From Bacteroidia bacterium (GTDB lineage Bacteria; Bacteroidota; Ignavibacteria; SZUA-365), in assembly GCA_027493955.1 (NCBI GenBank), contig JAOSJT010000001.1, positions 1,349,131-1,413,130 on the forward strand: 64,000 bases of DNA, read 5' to 3'. Made by a program: the position numbers and the translations under genes. Numbering within the stretch: position 1 is the first letter of the stretch; each line of letters opens with the position of its first letter. Shown in pieces: positions 28,902 to 37,894 of this stretch. The notes beneath the pieces are model-generated. The model was not told the origin of the DNA, did not search any database, and worked only from the letters and a program-made list of their open reading frames with translations.

Positions 28902-29163
28902 GCTGTGTTGCCTCAAAAACCGCTATGTGGGACGCAGTTGCATTTTCTCCGCTCTGCGCCAAAGATGTGTTTGACAGGAAAAGGGTGAGATTCGTTTAAT
29001 GCCCGCAGTGGAGAGCACGAGCGGCCGCTGATCATACGGCGGACGTCTCCACTGAGAGCGCTCTGCTCCGAACGGCAGTACGATAAAATCGCGGATTCTG
29101 TGCGACGCGCATCTTGTTGCATGCTACGTCAAAATACTCCGCCACACGGCGTGGAAACCTGCC

Positions 29164-30849
29164 TTACTTCAACAGCATCATGGATTTGCTGATCGTGGCA
29201 CTTCCGCTGCGCAGTCGGCTGAGAAGTATGCCACTCATGATTCCATCCGCATTAAAAGGCAACTCGTAACTACCCGCTTCCAGCACACCATCGATCAGCG
29301 TTTGCACTACCCTGCCCATCACATCGGATACAGTCAACACAACATGCTCCCTTTGCGGAATGGAAAAACGCATCGTCGTGACGGGATTGAAGGGGTTGGG
29401 GTAGTTCTGATAAAGCGTCACCTCGGAAGGATACCCGGCTTCGCCCTTGACGCCGGTCGGATACAATTCTATCGTTCCGCCAGGTGTGAGATCCCTCCCC
29501 GCAACACCGGCGTAGTCGGGCGCATAGCGATTTATTTTGAACACCGTGTTCCGCATCGGTCTGTCTCCCTGCGTCATCGGACCGGTGATACTCACGGGAT
29601 TGATATACCTCCAGACGATCTCGCCGGCGGCGGTGACTTCAAAAAACACGCCGTCGGGTCCGTCGCAAATCAGGGTGTTCCCGTTCTCCAGGCGTGTCGC
29701 ACCGGAAACGTTGAGAGCGAAGAACGAGGCCGGCGGTGACGCCTTGTACGTCCACGCCGTTCGGTCGGGACCGAAGGCGGAATCTGTTGCGCGCTCGTAG
29801 GAACCATCGGGGGCCAGAGGCGGAACGATCTCCTCGATGGATGAATACGCGCCTCCGGGCCGTCTCGGACCATTGTTGAAAATGAGGATGTTTCCGGCGC
29901 CGGGATATCCCGCATCTATCCAGCGCGCATCGTGTTGCGCGAAAAGCTTCTGATCGGTCGCATTCCCCATTTTGTAGGCCTGCGGATTGCCCCAACGATA
30001 GAGCAGGTCCCCCCCCTTTCCACGCTTTCCACCCGTGTGTCCCGCCGCTTCCGCTTTCGTGGTACTGTGATCGATAACCCATACCTCGTGTGTCGCATGC
30101 ACACTGAGAATGATCTCATCGCGTAACGCATTGTATCGCACGGAATTGATATGCAGCCAGTCGTCCTTCATATCGCCGAAATTGATATCGAAGAGTTCGG
30201 GATGCTGAGATACGATACCGTAATTCGCCTTTGTCGAATCATAATCCTGCACGAGGTGATCCCATATATCCCACTCCCAGACGATGACACCGCCATTGCT
30301 GCCCGTCGGTTGTACTTCTATGACTTTTTCCGACCAGACCTCCGTGTACGTGGCGCCGCTCAGATTTCTCCCCGCCGCGGCGGCTTCCGACAGCGATTTC
30401 TTCATCCAGGCAATCAGCAGGATATTCCCGTTGGGCAACACTTCCACGTCGTGATGCGTGCAGTAACTGTCGCTGAAATAGTCGAAACTCCATGTGAGTG
30501 TGCCGCTCCAGTCGAAGCGCTCGACGCGGCCCGCGGCGCCACCCGCAGTAAACGGATGGCCCGACTCGGCCGCTGCCGCCCGCAGCAGTGAACCGTCTGG
30601 CAGCAACATGGCGGCCTGTCCCGGAAAATAAGCGCTTTTCCATGAGCGCAGCAATTTCCCGTCGTTGTCGATCAGATAGGTCGTGTTGGATCTGACAGGA
30701 GCGAACAGCGTATATCCGCGAAACGCCTTCGCTGTGTCATGCAGCAGCATCCCGACAGTATTGGTCTGACCGTGCAGACTCGCGGCGCAGTACAGCAACA
30801 ACAGAAAGGTGATTCGTGTGAAAGATGTCGTGCGCAAGAGGATCTCCAT
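29164..30849 (-). CDS. Arylsulfotransferase (ASST) family protein with T9SS C-terminal sorting domain
   Basis: ASST-like beta-propeller motifs (HHDVEVLPNGNILLIAW, HINSVRYNALRDEIILSVHATHEVWVIDH) and a C-terminal YPNPFNPVTTMRFSIPQREHVVLTVSDVMGRVVQTL tail. Confidence 0.75.
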   Translation of the reverse strand: MEILLRTTSFTRITFLLLLYCAASLHGQTNTVGMLLHDTAKAFRGYTLFAPVRSNTTYLIDNDGKLLRSWKSAYFPGQAAMLLPDGSLLRAAAAESGHPFTAGGAAGRVERFDWSGTLTWSFDYFSDSYCTHHDVEVLPNGNILLIAWMKKSLSEAAAAGRNLSGATYTEVWSEKVIEVQPTGSNGGVIVWEWDIWDHLVQDYDSTKANYGIVSQHPELFDINFGDMKDDWLHINSVRYNALRDEIILSVHATHEVWVIDHSTTKAEAAGHTGGKRGKGGDLLYRWGNPQAYKMGNATDQKLFAQHDARWIDAGYPGAGNILIFNNGPRRPGGAYSSIEEIVPPLAPDGSYERATDSAFGPDRTAWTYKASPPASFFALNVSGATRLENGNTLICDGPDGVFFEVTAAGEIVWRYINPVSITGPMTQGDRPMRNTVFKINRYAPDYAGVAGRDLTPGGTIELYPTGVKGEAGYPSEVTLYQNYPNPFNPVTTMRFSIPQREHVVLTVSDVMGRVVQTLIDGVLEAGSYELPFNADGIMSGILLSRLRSGSATISKSMMLLK

Positions 30850-31292
30850 GGATGAGGGGGGATGGTTTGGGTTGATGCTTGATCGATTAATATCAGAAAA
30901 CTTCGGTAAAATATGAACCGCGTCGCGCGGCCCGTGGCACAGTTGTTACAAATCTAAAGCCCGCAGCATACGATACTATTGAACCCCAGTCCATGCGCCA
31001 TGATAGCGGATATGGGATCATGTCGAGACAGGCATGCTCGCATACAGGGGATATGGTTGCTACCCGGCGGTGTAGAATCGTGAAATGCTGCTCAGCGCAG
31101 TACACAGGTGCTCCTCACCTTCATAGCTCTTGCGCGTCAATCAGCATTCCTCGGAAATTCTGCGACTTCCTCTGCTCCGTCACTGCTATTGAGGGTCTCC
31201 CCTGCATGAGCTCTCAAAGTACGTATAGACTCGTGGTCCCGACGTAAATCTCAATCAACGGGTCGGTCATCCGCTGAGTACCGCTCCGCATC

Positions 31293-33143
31293 TCACTCCC
31301 CCGCCGTTCCCGCACCCGGTATGGGGATGTTGAGCAGCGGCAGACTCGTGCCGAAAAACCAGTACGGCGTATCGAGAAACAGATTGTATCCGAAGCCCGC
31401 CTGGAGATAATCTCGAAAAATGGATCCGACGATCGCGATGCCCGGCTCCGGCACATCGTCCTTGTCGAAATACAGCGCGCTCACATTGAGCCCGATGCCG
31501 GGATTGATGAGGCGGTTGTACAACGCGCTGCTCCGGCTGCCGGCTTTGAGGAGAACACTGTAGGATGGCGCCGCCTGGAAGCGCCGCTGCACCTCGGTGA
31601 CGCCCAGCGGATCCACAAACACCAATCCGACAGTCGTTTCGATATGCGACACTACCTGATACAACTGTATGGTCGTCGTGTACAGGTCGGTCGCCGTCTC
31701 GCCTTTTCCCGCAGCGGGATCAACGCGCGCCGCACCGAGCCTGATCACGACCGCATCACCCGGCGCACGCTTCCCGGTGTAGCGGAGATCCAGCGTCGTC
31801 TCCGCCGGCAACTGCGCGATGTCGTGCCGCGTGACCAGCGCACCGAACGCGAGCGCCTGCGCGGTGATGTTGTCTCCGGAATGCGCAAGACCGCCGGAAT
31901 AACGCACCTGGTCGAGAATTGCATGAATCGGTGTAATTGCCGTGTGCACGCAGGTGAGCAAGGTCCTCCGCAGGTCCCGCACACGCTCCGCCGTTCGCGC
32001 ATTCAGACCACCCAGTGTGGCGAGGATTCCTCGCTCATCCGCCAGAGCGGCGATATGCTGCGCAAGACGCTTCGTCGCGTTCGCCAGATCATGCACATCA
32101 ATGACAGCGGCCTGCAGCCACACTGTCGCGTCGCCCTTCTCCGCTGCACCCGTGTATTTTCTGTGAAGCCCGGAAACGATATCCGCATACTGCGTGATCT
32201 CCGCTTTCAGTTTCGAGAGTTCCTCCCGCGCGGACCCGCCTATGCCACCCGCTTCGGACAGCAGTGTGTCCATCGTGCCGCGAAGCCCGCCGGCGCAGCC
32301 TTCGATTGTCTCGCGAACGACAGTGAAGGTTTGTGCCAGCATGCTCTCGAGCATACGCTGTACATCGGTTCTGCCCGCGTTGTACTCCTTTGCGAGCGCT
32401 GCGGAACGATCGAGCTGTTTCTTCTGCTCTTCGGTAAGGACGACATTCCATCGGGGGATTTCGTAAAACTCGCCCTGCGGATACGCGTCGAAGCCCGCAA
32501 GATGCAGCGGCACGCTGCCTTCGCCTGTGCGCATCCACGCCCCGAGCGCAATGTACACCGCTTCGTTCGCGATGCGTGCATCGAGCGTGTCGGTGAGCTG
32601 CGCGGTGTATTCCGCCGCCGCCTCAAACACAAGACGATAGGTATCGTGCGTAGACGGACCGGCTTTTTCCAGGCGTCTTTCCACCATCACACCAAATGTT
32701 GCAGCATCCGCATTTGCTATTTCGAGAATCTTGTCTCCGATGGTCGCCGCGGGGTCCATGGCCTGTTCGAAAGCTTTGAGATCCTGCGGCGTCATCGCAC
32801 TTTCCACCAGTGTTTTCAGCGCCACGGCGACATCCGGCAGCACCGCGAGACCCTGACGCGCAGCTTGCTGCAGGACGATCAGGCGCTCCAGTTCCTCTTC
32901 CGGGAAACCCCTGACAGGGAACGATACGGCGAGACGTCTGCGGATTTCGGACAGGTCCAGACGAATATGCAGCGTGCTGTTGATGTCCACTATGGGCGCC
33001 GCACCTTGCATGATCCACTTCCTGCCGTCCTGATCGATTTCCTCCAGTTGTATCGCGCCGGATGTTTGATCCCGCCCGAAGCTCGTGACAGCAGTGAGGA
33101 GCACCGCAGCGCAAATCCACGAAAGGAGCTTCATCCATCTCAT
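31293..33143 (-). CDS. Secreted hypothetical protein (616 aa) with beta-strand-rich C-terminus
   Basis: Signal peptide MKLLSWICAAVLLTAVTSFG. The mid-region is helical and Ala/Leu-rich. The C-terminus has an alternating hydrophobic pattern and ends ...GTSLPLLNIPIPGAGTAGE. No family recognised. Confidence 0.55.
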   Translation of the reverse strand: MRWMKLLSWICAAVLLTAVTSFGRDQTSGAIQLEEIDQDGRKWIMQGAAPIVDINSTLHIRLDLSEIRRRLAVSFPVRGFPEEELERLIVLQQAARQGLAVLPDVAVALKTLVESAMTPQDLKAFEQAMDPAATIGDKILEIANADAATFGVMVERRLEKAGPSTHDTYRLVFEAAAEYTAQLTDTLDARIANEAVYIALGAWMRTGEGSVPLHLAGFDAYPQGEFYEIPRWNVVLTEEQKKQLDRSAALAKEYNAGRTDVQRMLESMLAQTFTVVRETIEGCAGGLRGTMDTLLSEAGGIGGSAREELSKLKAEITQYADIVSGLHRKYTGAAEKGDATVWLQAAVIDVHDLANATKRLAQHIAALADERGILATLGGLNARTAERVRDLRRTLLTCVHTAITPIHAILDQVRYSGGLAHSGDNITAQALAFGALVTRHDIAQLPAETTLDLRYTGKRAPGDAVVIRLGAARVDPAAGKGETATDLYTTTIQLYQVVSHIETTVGLVFVDPLGVTEVQRRFQAAPSYSVLLKAGSRSSALYNRLINPGIGLNVSALYFDKDDVPEPGIAIVGSIFRDYLQAGFGYNLFLDTPYWFFGTSLPLLNIPIPGAGTAGE

Positions 33144-33553
33144 GCGTCTTCCTCCATTTTCTCCGCCCGGAAATACGCCTGCAGGACACGCATAAGATTC
33201 GGTACGCCATCAGATGCGAGCATCACATCCCGTATGGCATCGGTGATGGACATGGAGAAGGCTCTGCAGTGCCCGAGGGCGGCAGGGAGCCTTTCCGCCC
33301 CGGAGAAGTTACGGATCTGCGTTTCGAGCATTACGGGCTGCCTGATCCAGACGACCCATCGTGGCTCAGACTCCGCGCCGCTGAGTTTTGCCGCGCGCTG
33401 CACCAGGTCCTCGGCTTCAGGGCCCGTCCCCAGTACCACGAAGAGTACATAGGGCTGCTCATATACGAGATCCGCGAGCATCCTCCCCGCCAGTTCCGCA
33501 TCGTCGGTGGGGAGTATGGTTGTCTTTCTGAATTCCATCGGTGAGACCTCCAA
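33140..33553 (-). CDS. Small hypothetical protein (137 aa), ATGA-overlapped with the downstream 616-aa gene
   Basis: Translational coupling with 31293-33143. No motif recognised. Confidence 0.45.
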   Translation of the reverse strand: MEVSPMEFRKTTILPTDDAELAGRMLADLVYEQPYVLFVVLGTGPEAEDLVQRAAKLSGAESEPRWVVWIRQPVMLETQIRNFSGAERLPAALGHCRAFSMSITDAIRDVMLASDGVPNLMRVLQAYFRAEKMEEDA

Positions 33554-34270
33554 AGTAATTGCGATGATATGGCGGAAAAAACAATGCCGTATCGGTATTC
33601 AGCAAGAACAAGGTGCGCTTTCTCCGTTGTTCGTACTGTCTCTGGTCACATGCCACAGTGGAGCGGCTGCTTCCTTCTGCATACAAACAGTATTGCACGG
33701 CACGTCGGCTCAGGGAACACGGACCTGTGATATCGCGCACATGACTGACGACTGGCCGGTGACGCCGGAATGCACGAAACGCACGGTGCCGGGTGCGGAT
33801 TTACGGATATTCGACTGATTACACCAAATTTTGTAGCAATATACCTGAAGGTGCGATGGATGTCAATGGGGGGATCAAAGTCCGACGGGCGACCGTCGGT
33901 CGGCCTCTGCCTGGCGAAGGTCTCTATCGGGGATGCCAGCAGGTCCCTGTGGTTTCGGTCCCTGAGCGGAGCCGAAGTGCCGACTTCCATAGTGATCATC
34001 GTGCCATAACCCACGATGTCCTGCTCAACATGGTGACTCGATGGTATCATTCAACATGGCACGGCGTTGCCATGCGAGCGCATCGAGGCTCGAAGCTGCT
34101 CTTCGGGCGTAATGATTGTCCCGAGCAACAGTGAGAGACCTTCAACACCGGGAGTGAATGAGAAGGAACGAGTGCGAGCGGAAGCTCGCCGCAGCACGTG
34201 GTGGAGGAATGTTTTCAGCGCGGATGGTCGAAGAAGAATGCTTCGGGGCGTATAACCCCAACGTATGCAC

Positions 34271-34645
34271 TCACGACCCCTCACCCTCGAAGAGCGGAGT
34301 TTGTGCGTCGTGACCGCGTAACAGATGATGGAGTGCGTTCCGAAGTGGCGGTAAATCCGTCGAAAGAATCTGCCACACGATATCCAGGTCTACTTCCTCA
34401 TAGGCATGAATCAACCTGTTCCGCGTACCACTCATTTCCCTCCACGGTATATCAGGATGCGCAGTTCTCGTTTCTTCGCTGACTTTCGACGCGGCTTCAC
34501 CGATGATTTCGAGAAGTCGTATAATCGCGAGGGCACGCATTTCATCGGACTGGAGGTCCTGACGACGTATCGTGTCGCTAAATCCCAGCGCTTTCTCCGT
34601 CGCGTCAAGCATGTGGCGGATGCGAATGCGGTCCTTATTCAGCAT
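34271..34645 (-). CDS. hepT: HepT-like toxin (DUF86, HEPN-type RNase) of a HepT/MntA toxin-antitoxin pair
   Basis: R-x4-H-x-Y motif (RNRLIHAY) near the C-terminus. Overlaps the upstream nucleotidyltransferase gene. Confidence 0.8.
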   Translation of the reverse strand: MLNKDRIRIRHMLDATEKALGFSDTIRRQDLQSDEMRALAIIRLLEIIGEAASKVSEETRTAHPDIPWREMSGTRNRLIHAYEEVDLDIVWQILSTDLPPLRNALHHLLRGHDAQTPLFEGEGS

Positions 34646-34934
34646 AGAGAACCCGGGCGTGTTGCATGACTTCCTCTCTGAAGTATTTGCTCAAACTGTT
34701 CGGTGTATGAAGATCGACGCGGCGATGCAGTAACTCCTCCAACTCGTCCTGCATTGTGATAAATGCGAACCCGGGAACGTGCCCTTCATGGAATTCCACA
34801 AGAACGTCGATGTCACTCGAATCGGTAAAATGTTGTCCCAGAATTGATCCGAAGAGTGATAACTTCTTCACATGGTATCGGCCACAGAGGGCGGTGAGCG
34901 CTTCGATAGGGATCGATGAGAGATGTTCCGTCAT
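34635..34934 (-). CDS. mntA: MntA-like minimal nucleotidyltransferase antitoxin
   Basis: GS-x10-DxD motif: LFGSILGQHFTDSSDIDVLV. Confidence 0.8.
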   Translation of the reverse strand: MTEHLSSIPIEALTALCGRYHVKKLSLFGSILGQHFTDSSDIDVLVEFHEGHVPGFAFITMQDELEELLHRRVDLHTPNSLSKYFREEVMQHARVLYAE

Positions 34935-35981
34935 GGAGGACCCTTATGAAAAATAACGCAGCGTGTACGGTTGAGTCGTGACAGAAGCTTCTCGCGACAC
35001 AGAAGACGGACGTGCGATGCGGACAACAATGACAATGACCGTGCACGGAGTATAATGTGTTTCCAATTTCTCGTACCTGCAGTATTCACCGCGCAGTCGT
35101 GTCGCTAATATACGGAACAACGCTGATTATCACGTGGATATACCGGCAATGCCATGGAGAGGGCACACTCCCCGGCACCAGCTCTGCATCCACAAATCTC
35201 GTGCATCGTCATCCCGATGTGCCTTCAACGGTACACTATTGCTCCGCGGACCTCGGGTTGTCTCGTGGAATGCAATCTGGTGATTCGCACTGCAGCGCAT
35301 GGTGGAATATGGTACGAAATCCACTCAGGTAATCCCGCAGGCAATTCCTCAACGCCGATTCTCCGCTCTCCATTCCCGGGAGAACGGATCCATACCAATG
35401 GTCTCATTTCCGATACCGGGTGCTTCCCGAGACGGACGCCACAGACACGCAGGTCGCAGATACTATCTCTGAATAGGAGACCCCCTTTTCTTGCCGCACC
35501 AAAAGAGTGATGACTGTGCTGCGGCGTGCACAGACAGGACTCGGGGCTGATGGGGATTTCTTGCCGGTGCAATCAAACATTTCCCATGCATCCACGCCAA
35601 TGCTTGCATGATATTTTTCTGTTCGCGCACAATAGAGATGTCCATGAATATGCACGATAGAAATGTCCGATTTTTCCTTGATCTGGACGAACAGCATGTT
35701 TCGCCCACATAGCGCACGGAAACCGCGAGCGGGTGCATTCGCATGCATGATATTTTTCTCTAGGTTTTCAGAAATCTTGTTTGTACCTTACTAGCTGTCG
35801 TGAGATACACGGCACCCGCCTCTGATCCACAGGTTTCGGACGCGGACTTTTGAGAATCGCTTCCGATCCCGGTGATCCCTCCCCTGAACCAGATTTCTCT
35901 GGCGTAAGACGGACACAGGACACCCCCGCCTGACGGGGCTCCGATCAAGTGCGTCTCTCCAATGCAAATACAAGGAACTCA

Positions 35982-37808
35982 ATGAGTTTTCAATCTCTCG
36001 GTCTCTCCGAGCCGTTGCTGCGCGCAGTGCAGACGGCCGGCTATGAGACACCCTCGGAAATCCAGGCTCTGGCCATCCCTCCCGTTCTTTCCGGCTCCGA
36101 TGTGCTCGGACGCGCAAAGACGGGCTCGGGAAAAACCGCCGCCTTCGTTCTCCCCATTCTCGATCGGCTCACACAAAGCGCGCCATTGAGCAGATTTCAT
36201 GGCCGCGCCCGCCGCGGCAAGGTCCGCGCACTGGTGCTCGCGCCTACGCGTGAGCTCGCGCAACAGATCAACGAGTCAACCCGGAAATACGGCCGCTTCC
36301 TGCAACTCCGCAGCGACGCGCATTTCGGCGGCGTGTCCATCGAACCGCAGATAGATCGTCTGCGGAACGGCATGGATCTGCTCGCCGCCACGCCCGGTCG
36401 ACTTCTCGACCACCTGAATCGCGGCAGCGTGGATCTCAGCGCCTGCGAAGTGCTCATCGTGGACGAAGCTGACCGCATGTTCGACATGGGCTTCATCACC
36501 GACGTCAAGCGCATCATCGCGCATATCCCGAAAGAGCGTCAGACGCTGCTCTTCAGCGCAACCATCAACGACGAGGTGCGCAAGCTCGCCGCCATCATCA
36601 TGAAGGATCCTGTCAAAATCGAGGTCGGCATCGAACGCAGCCCCGTCGAATCCGTCCGTCAGCAATTTCTGGCGGTGGAAAAAGACCAGAAATTCGGTTT
36701 GCTCTCCGATCTTCTCGGACAGAAGGAACTGGAAAGCGTCCTCGTATTTTCCCGCACCAAACACGGTGCCGATAAAATCAGCAAACGTCTCGGAAACGAA
36801 GGCGTCGGTTCGGCGGTCCTCCACGCCAACCGCTCGCAAAGCCAGCGAAACAAGGCGCTCGATGATTTCAAGCGCGGACGTGTCCGCGTGCTCATCGCCA
36901 CCGACATCGCCGCGCGCGGCATCGATGTACAGGGCATCTCGCATGTCATCAATTTCGATACGCCGACCTATGCCGAGGATTACATTCACCGTATTGGTCG
37001 AACCGGCCGCGCGGAAGCCACCGGCGACGCCATCACCTTTGTCTCGCGCGATGAGCGGATCATGCTCAAGCGCATCGAGTCTTTTACCGGACTCCGCTTC
37101 CACCTTGAAACGTCTGATGGTCAGGTCCTCCCGGATCGCACGTATCAGGCGCGGCAGGCCAGCGGTCAGAGCGCATCGCGCAATGGCGGACAGGGCAGGC
37201 CCGACAGTCGCAGGAGCGAGGAATCTCGCGACAACCGCGGCAGAAATGGGAATCAACGCTTCGGTGGTCCTCGCAGCGAACGCGGCGAGCGCGACACGTA
37301 TCGCGGCCGAGGCGGTTCGGAACAAACCGCTCCGGCACCACAGCGTGCCAACGGCGGAGCGCCGCGTCACGGACAGACAGCCCGACCCCTGGAGAGCGAA
37401 GGGCGCCCCTTCCGTACGCATACCGAACGTCCCGGGCAGGGTCCCCGTCCGCAACCGCGTCACGAGCGGACAGATGCGCGTGACAAAGGCGCACCGCGCC
37501 GCTTGAGGGATAACGGAGCAAACGGACTCCCCGCGAACGGCGAACGTCGCGAGCACCGCGAAGCGACAGTCGCCCGACCCGAAGCCCCGCGCAAACGCGT
37601 GGCCTCGAACATCCCCGAATGGGCGCTGCCCGTTGCGAAAAAGCCACGCAACCGCAACAACACGGCACCGAAGCCCGACGGCGCGAACAACTGGTCAACG
37701 GAATACAACGCGTCGTTCCGTGGCGGTTCCGCAAGAAAAAATGGGTTTGCGCCGAAGCATTCCTCCGGGCACTCCGACAACAAAACCTCCTACGGTAAGC
37801 GGAAATAG
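35982..37808 (+). CDS. DEAD-box ATP-dependent RNA helicase (RhlE/DeaD-like) with long Arg/Gly-rich C-terminal tail
   Basis: Q-motif, AKTGSGKTAAF (Walker A), DEAD and SAT motifs, and HRIGRTGR. The start MSFQSLGLSEPLL at 35982 was verified. Confidence 0.9.
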   Translation: MSFQSLGLSEPLLRAVQTAGYETPSEIQALAIPPVLSGSDVLGRAKTGSGKTAAFVLPILDRLTQSAPLSRFHGRARRGKVRALVLAPTRELAQQINESTRKYGRFLQLRSDAHFGGVSIEPQIDRLRNGMDLLAATPGRLLDHLNRGSVDLSACEVLIVDEADRMFDMGFITDVKRIIAHIPKERQTLLFSATINDEVRKLAAIIMKDPVKIEVGIERSPVESVRQQFLAVEKDQKFGLLSDLLGQKELESVLVFSRTKHGADKISKRLGNEGVGSAVLHANRSQSQRNKALDDFKRGRVRVLIATDIAARGIDVQGISHVINFDTPTYAEDYIHRIGRTGRAEATGDAITFVSRDERIMLKRIESFTGLRFHLETSDGQVLPDRTYQARQASGQSASRNGGQGRPDSRRSEESRDNRGRNGNQRFGGPRSERGERDTYRGRGGSEQTAPAPQRANGGAPRHGQTARPLESEGRPFRTHTERPGQGPRPQPRHERTDARDKGAPRRLRDNGANGLPANGERREHREATVARPEAPRKRVASNIPEWALPVAKKPRNRNNTAPKPDGANNWSTEYNASFRGGSARKNGFAPKHSSGHSDNKTSYGKRK

Positions 37809-37894
37809 CCAACCGTGGTCCTGAAATGAGCAACGGCGCTCTCACCTGTGTGAGGGCGCCGTTGCTCTTTGTGTATGCGACACACGGACGACCG

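Noticed and set aside
31644-33452. 602-aa + strand ORF (also 36276-37556, 37826-39379, 39674-40333, 40923-42392 and 20947-21777 on the strand opposite known genes)
   Set aside because: All are antisense to genes with clear homology (the secreted 616-aa protein, DEAD-box helicase, PPDK_N fusion, gdhA and DUF4397 genes). They are extremely Arg-rich, which is the signature of GC-rich antisense reading frames.
33554-34270. Small ORFs between the 137-aa gene and hepT (e.g. 33793-34134, 33646-34050)
   Set aside because: No motifs, mutually overlapping frames and no ribosome-binding sites. Treated as non-coding.
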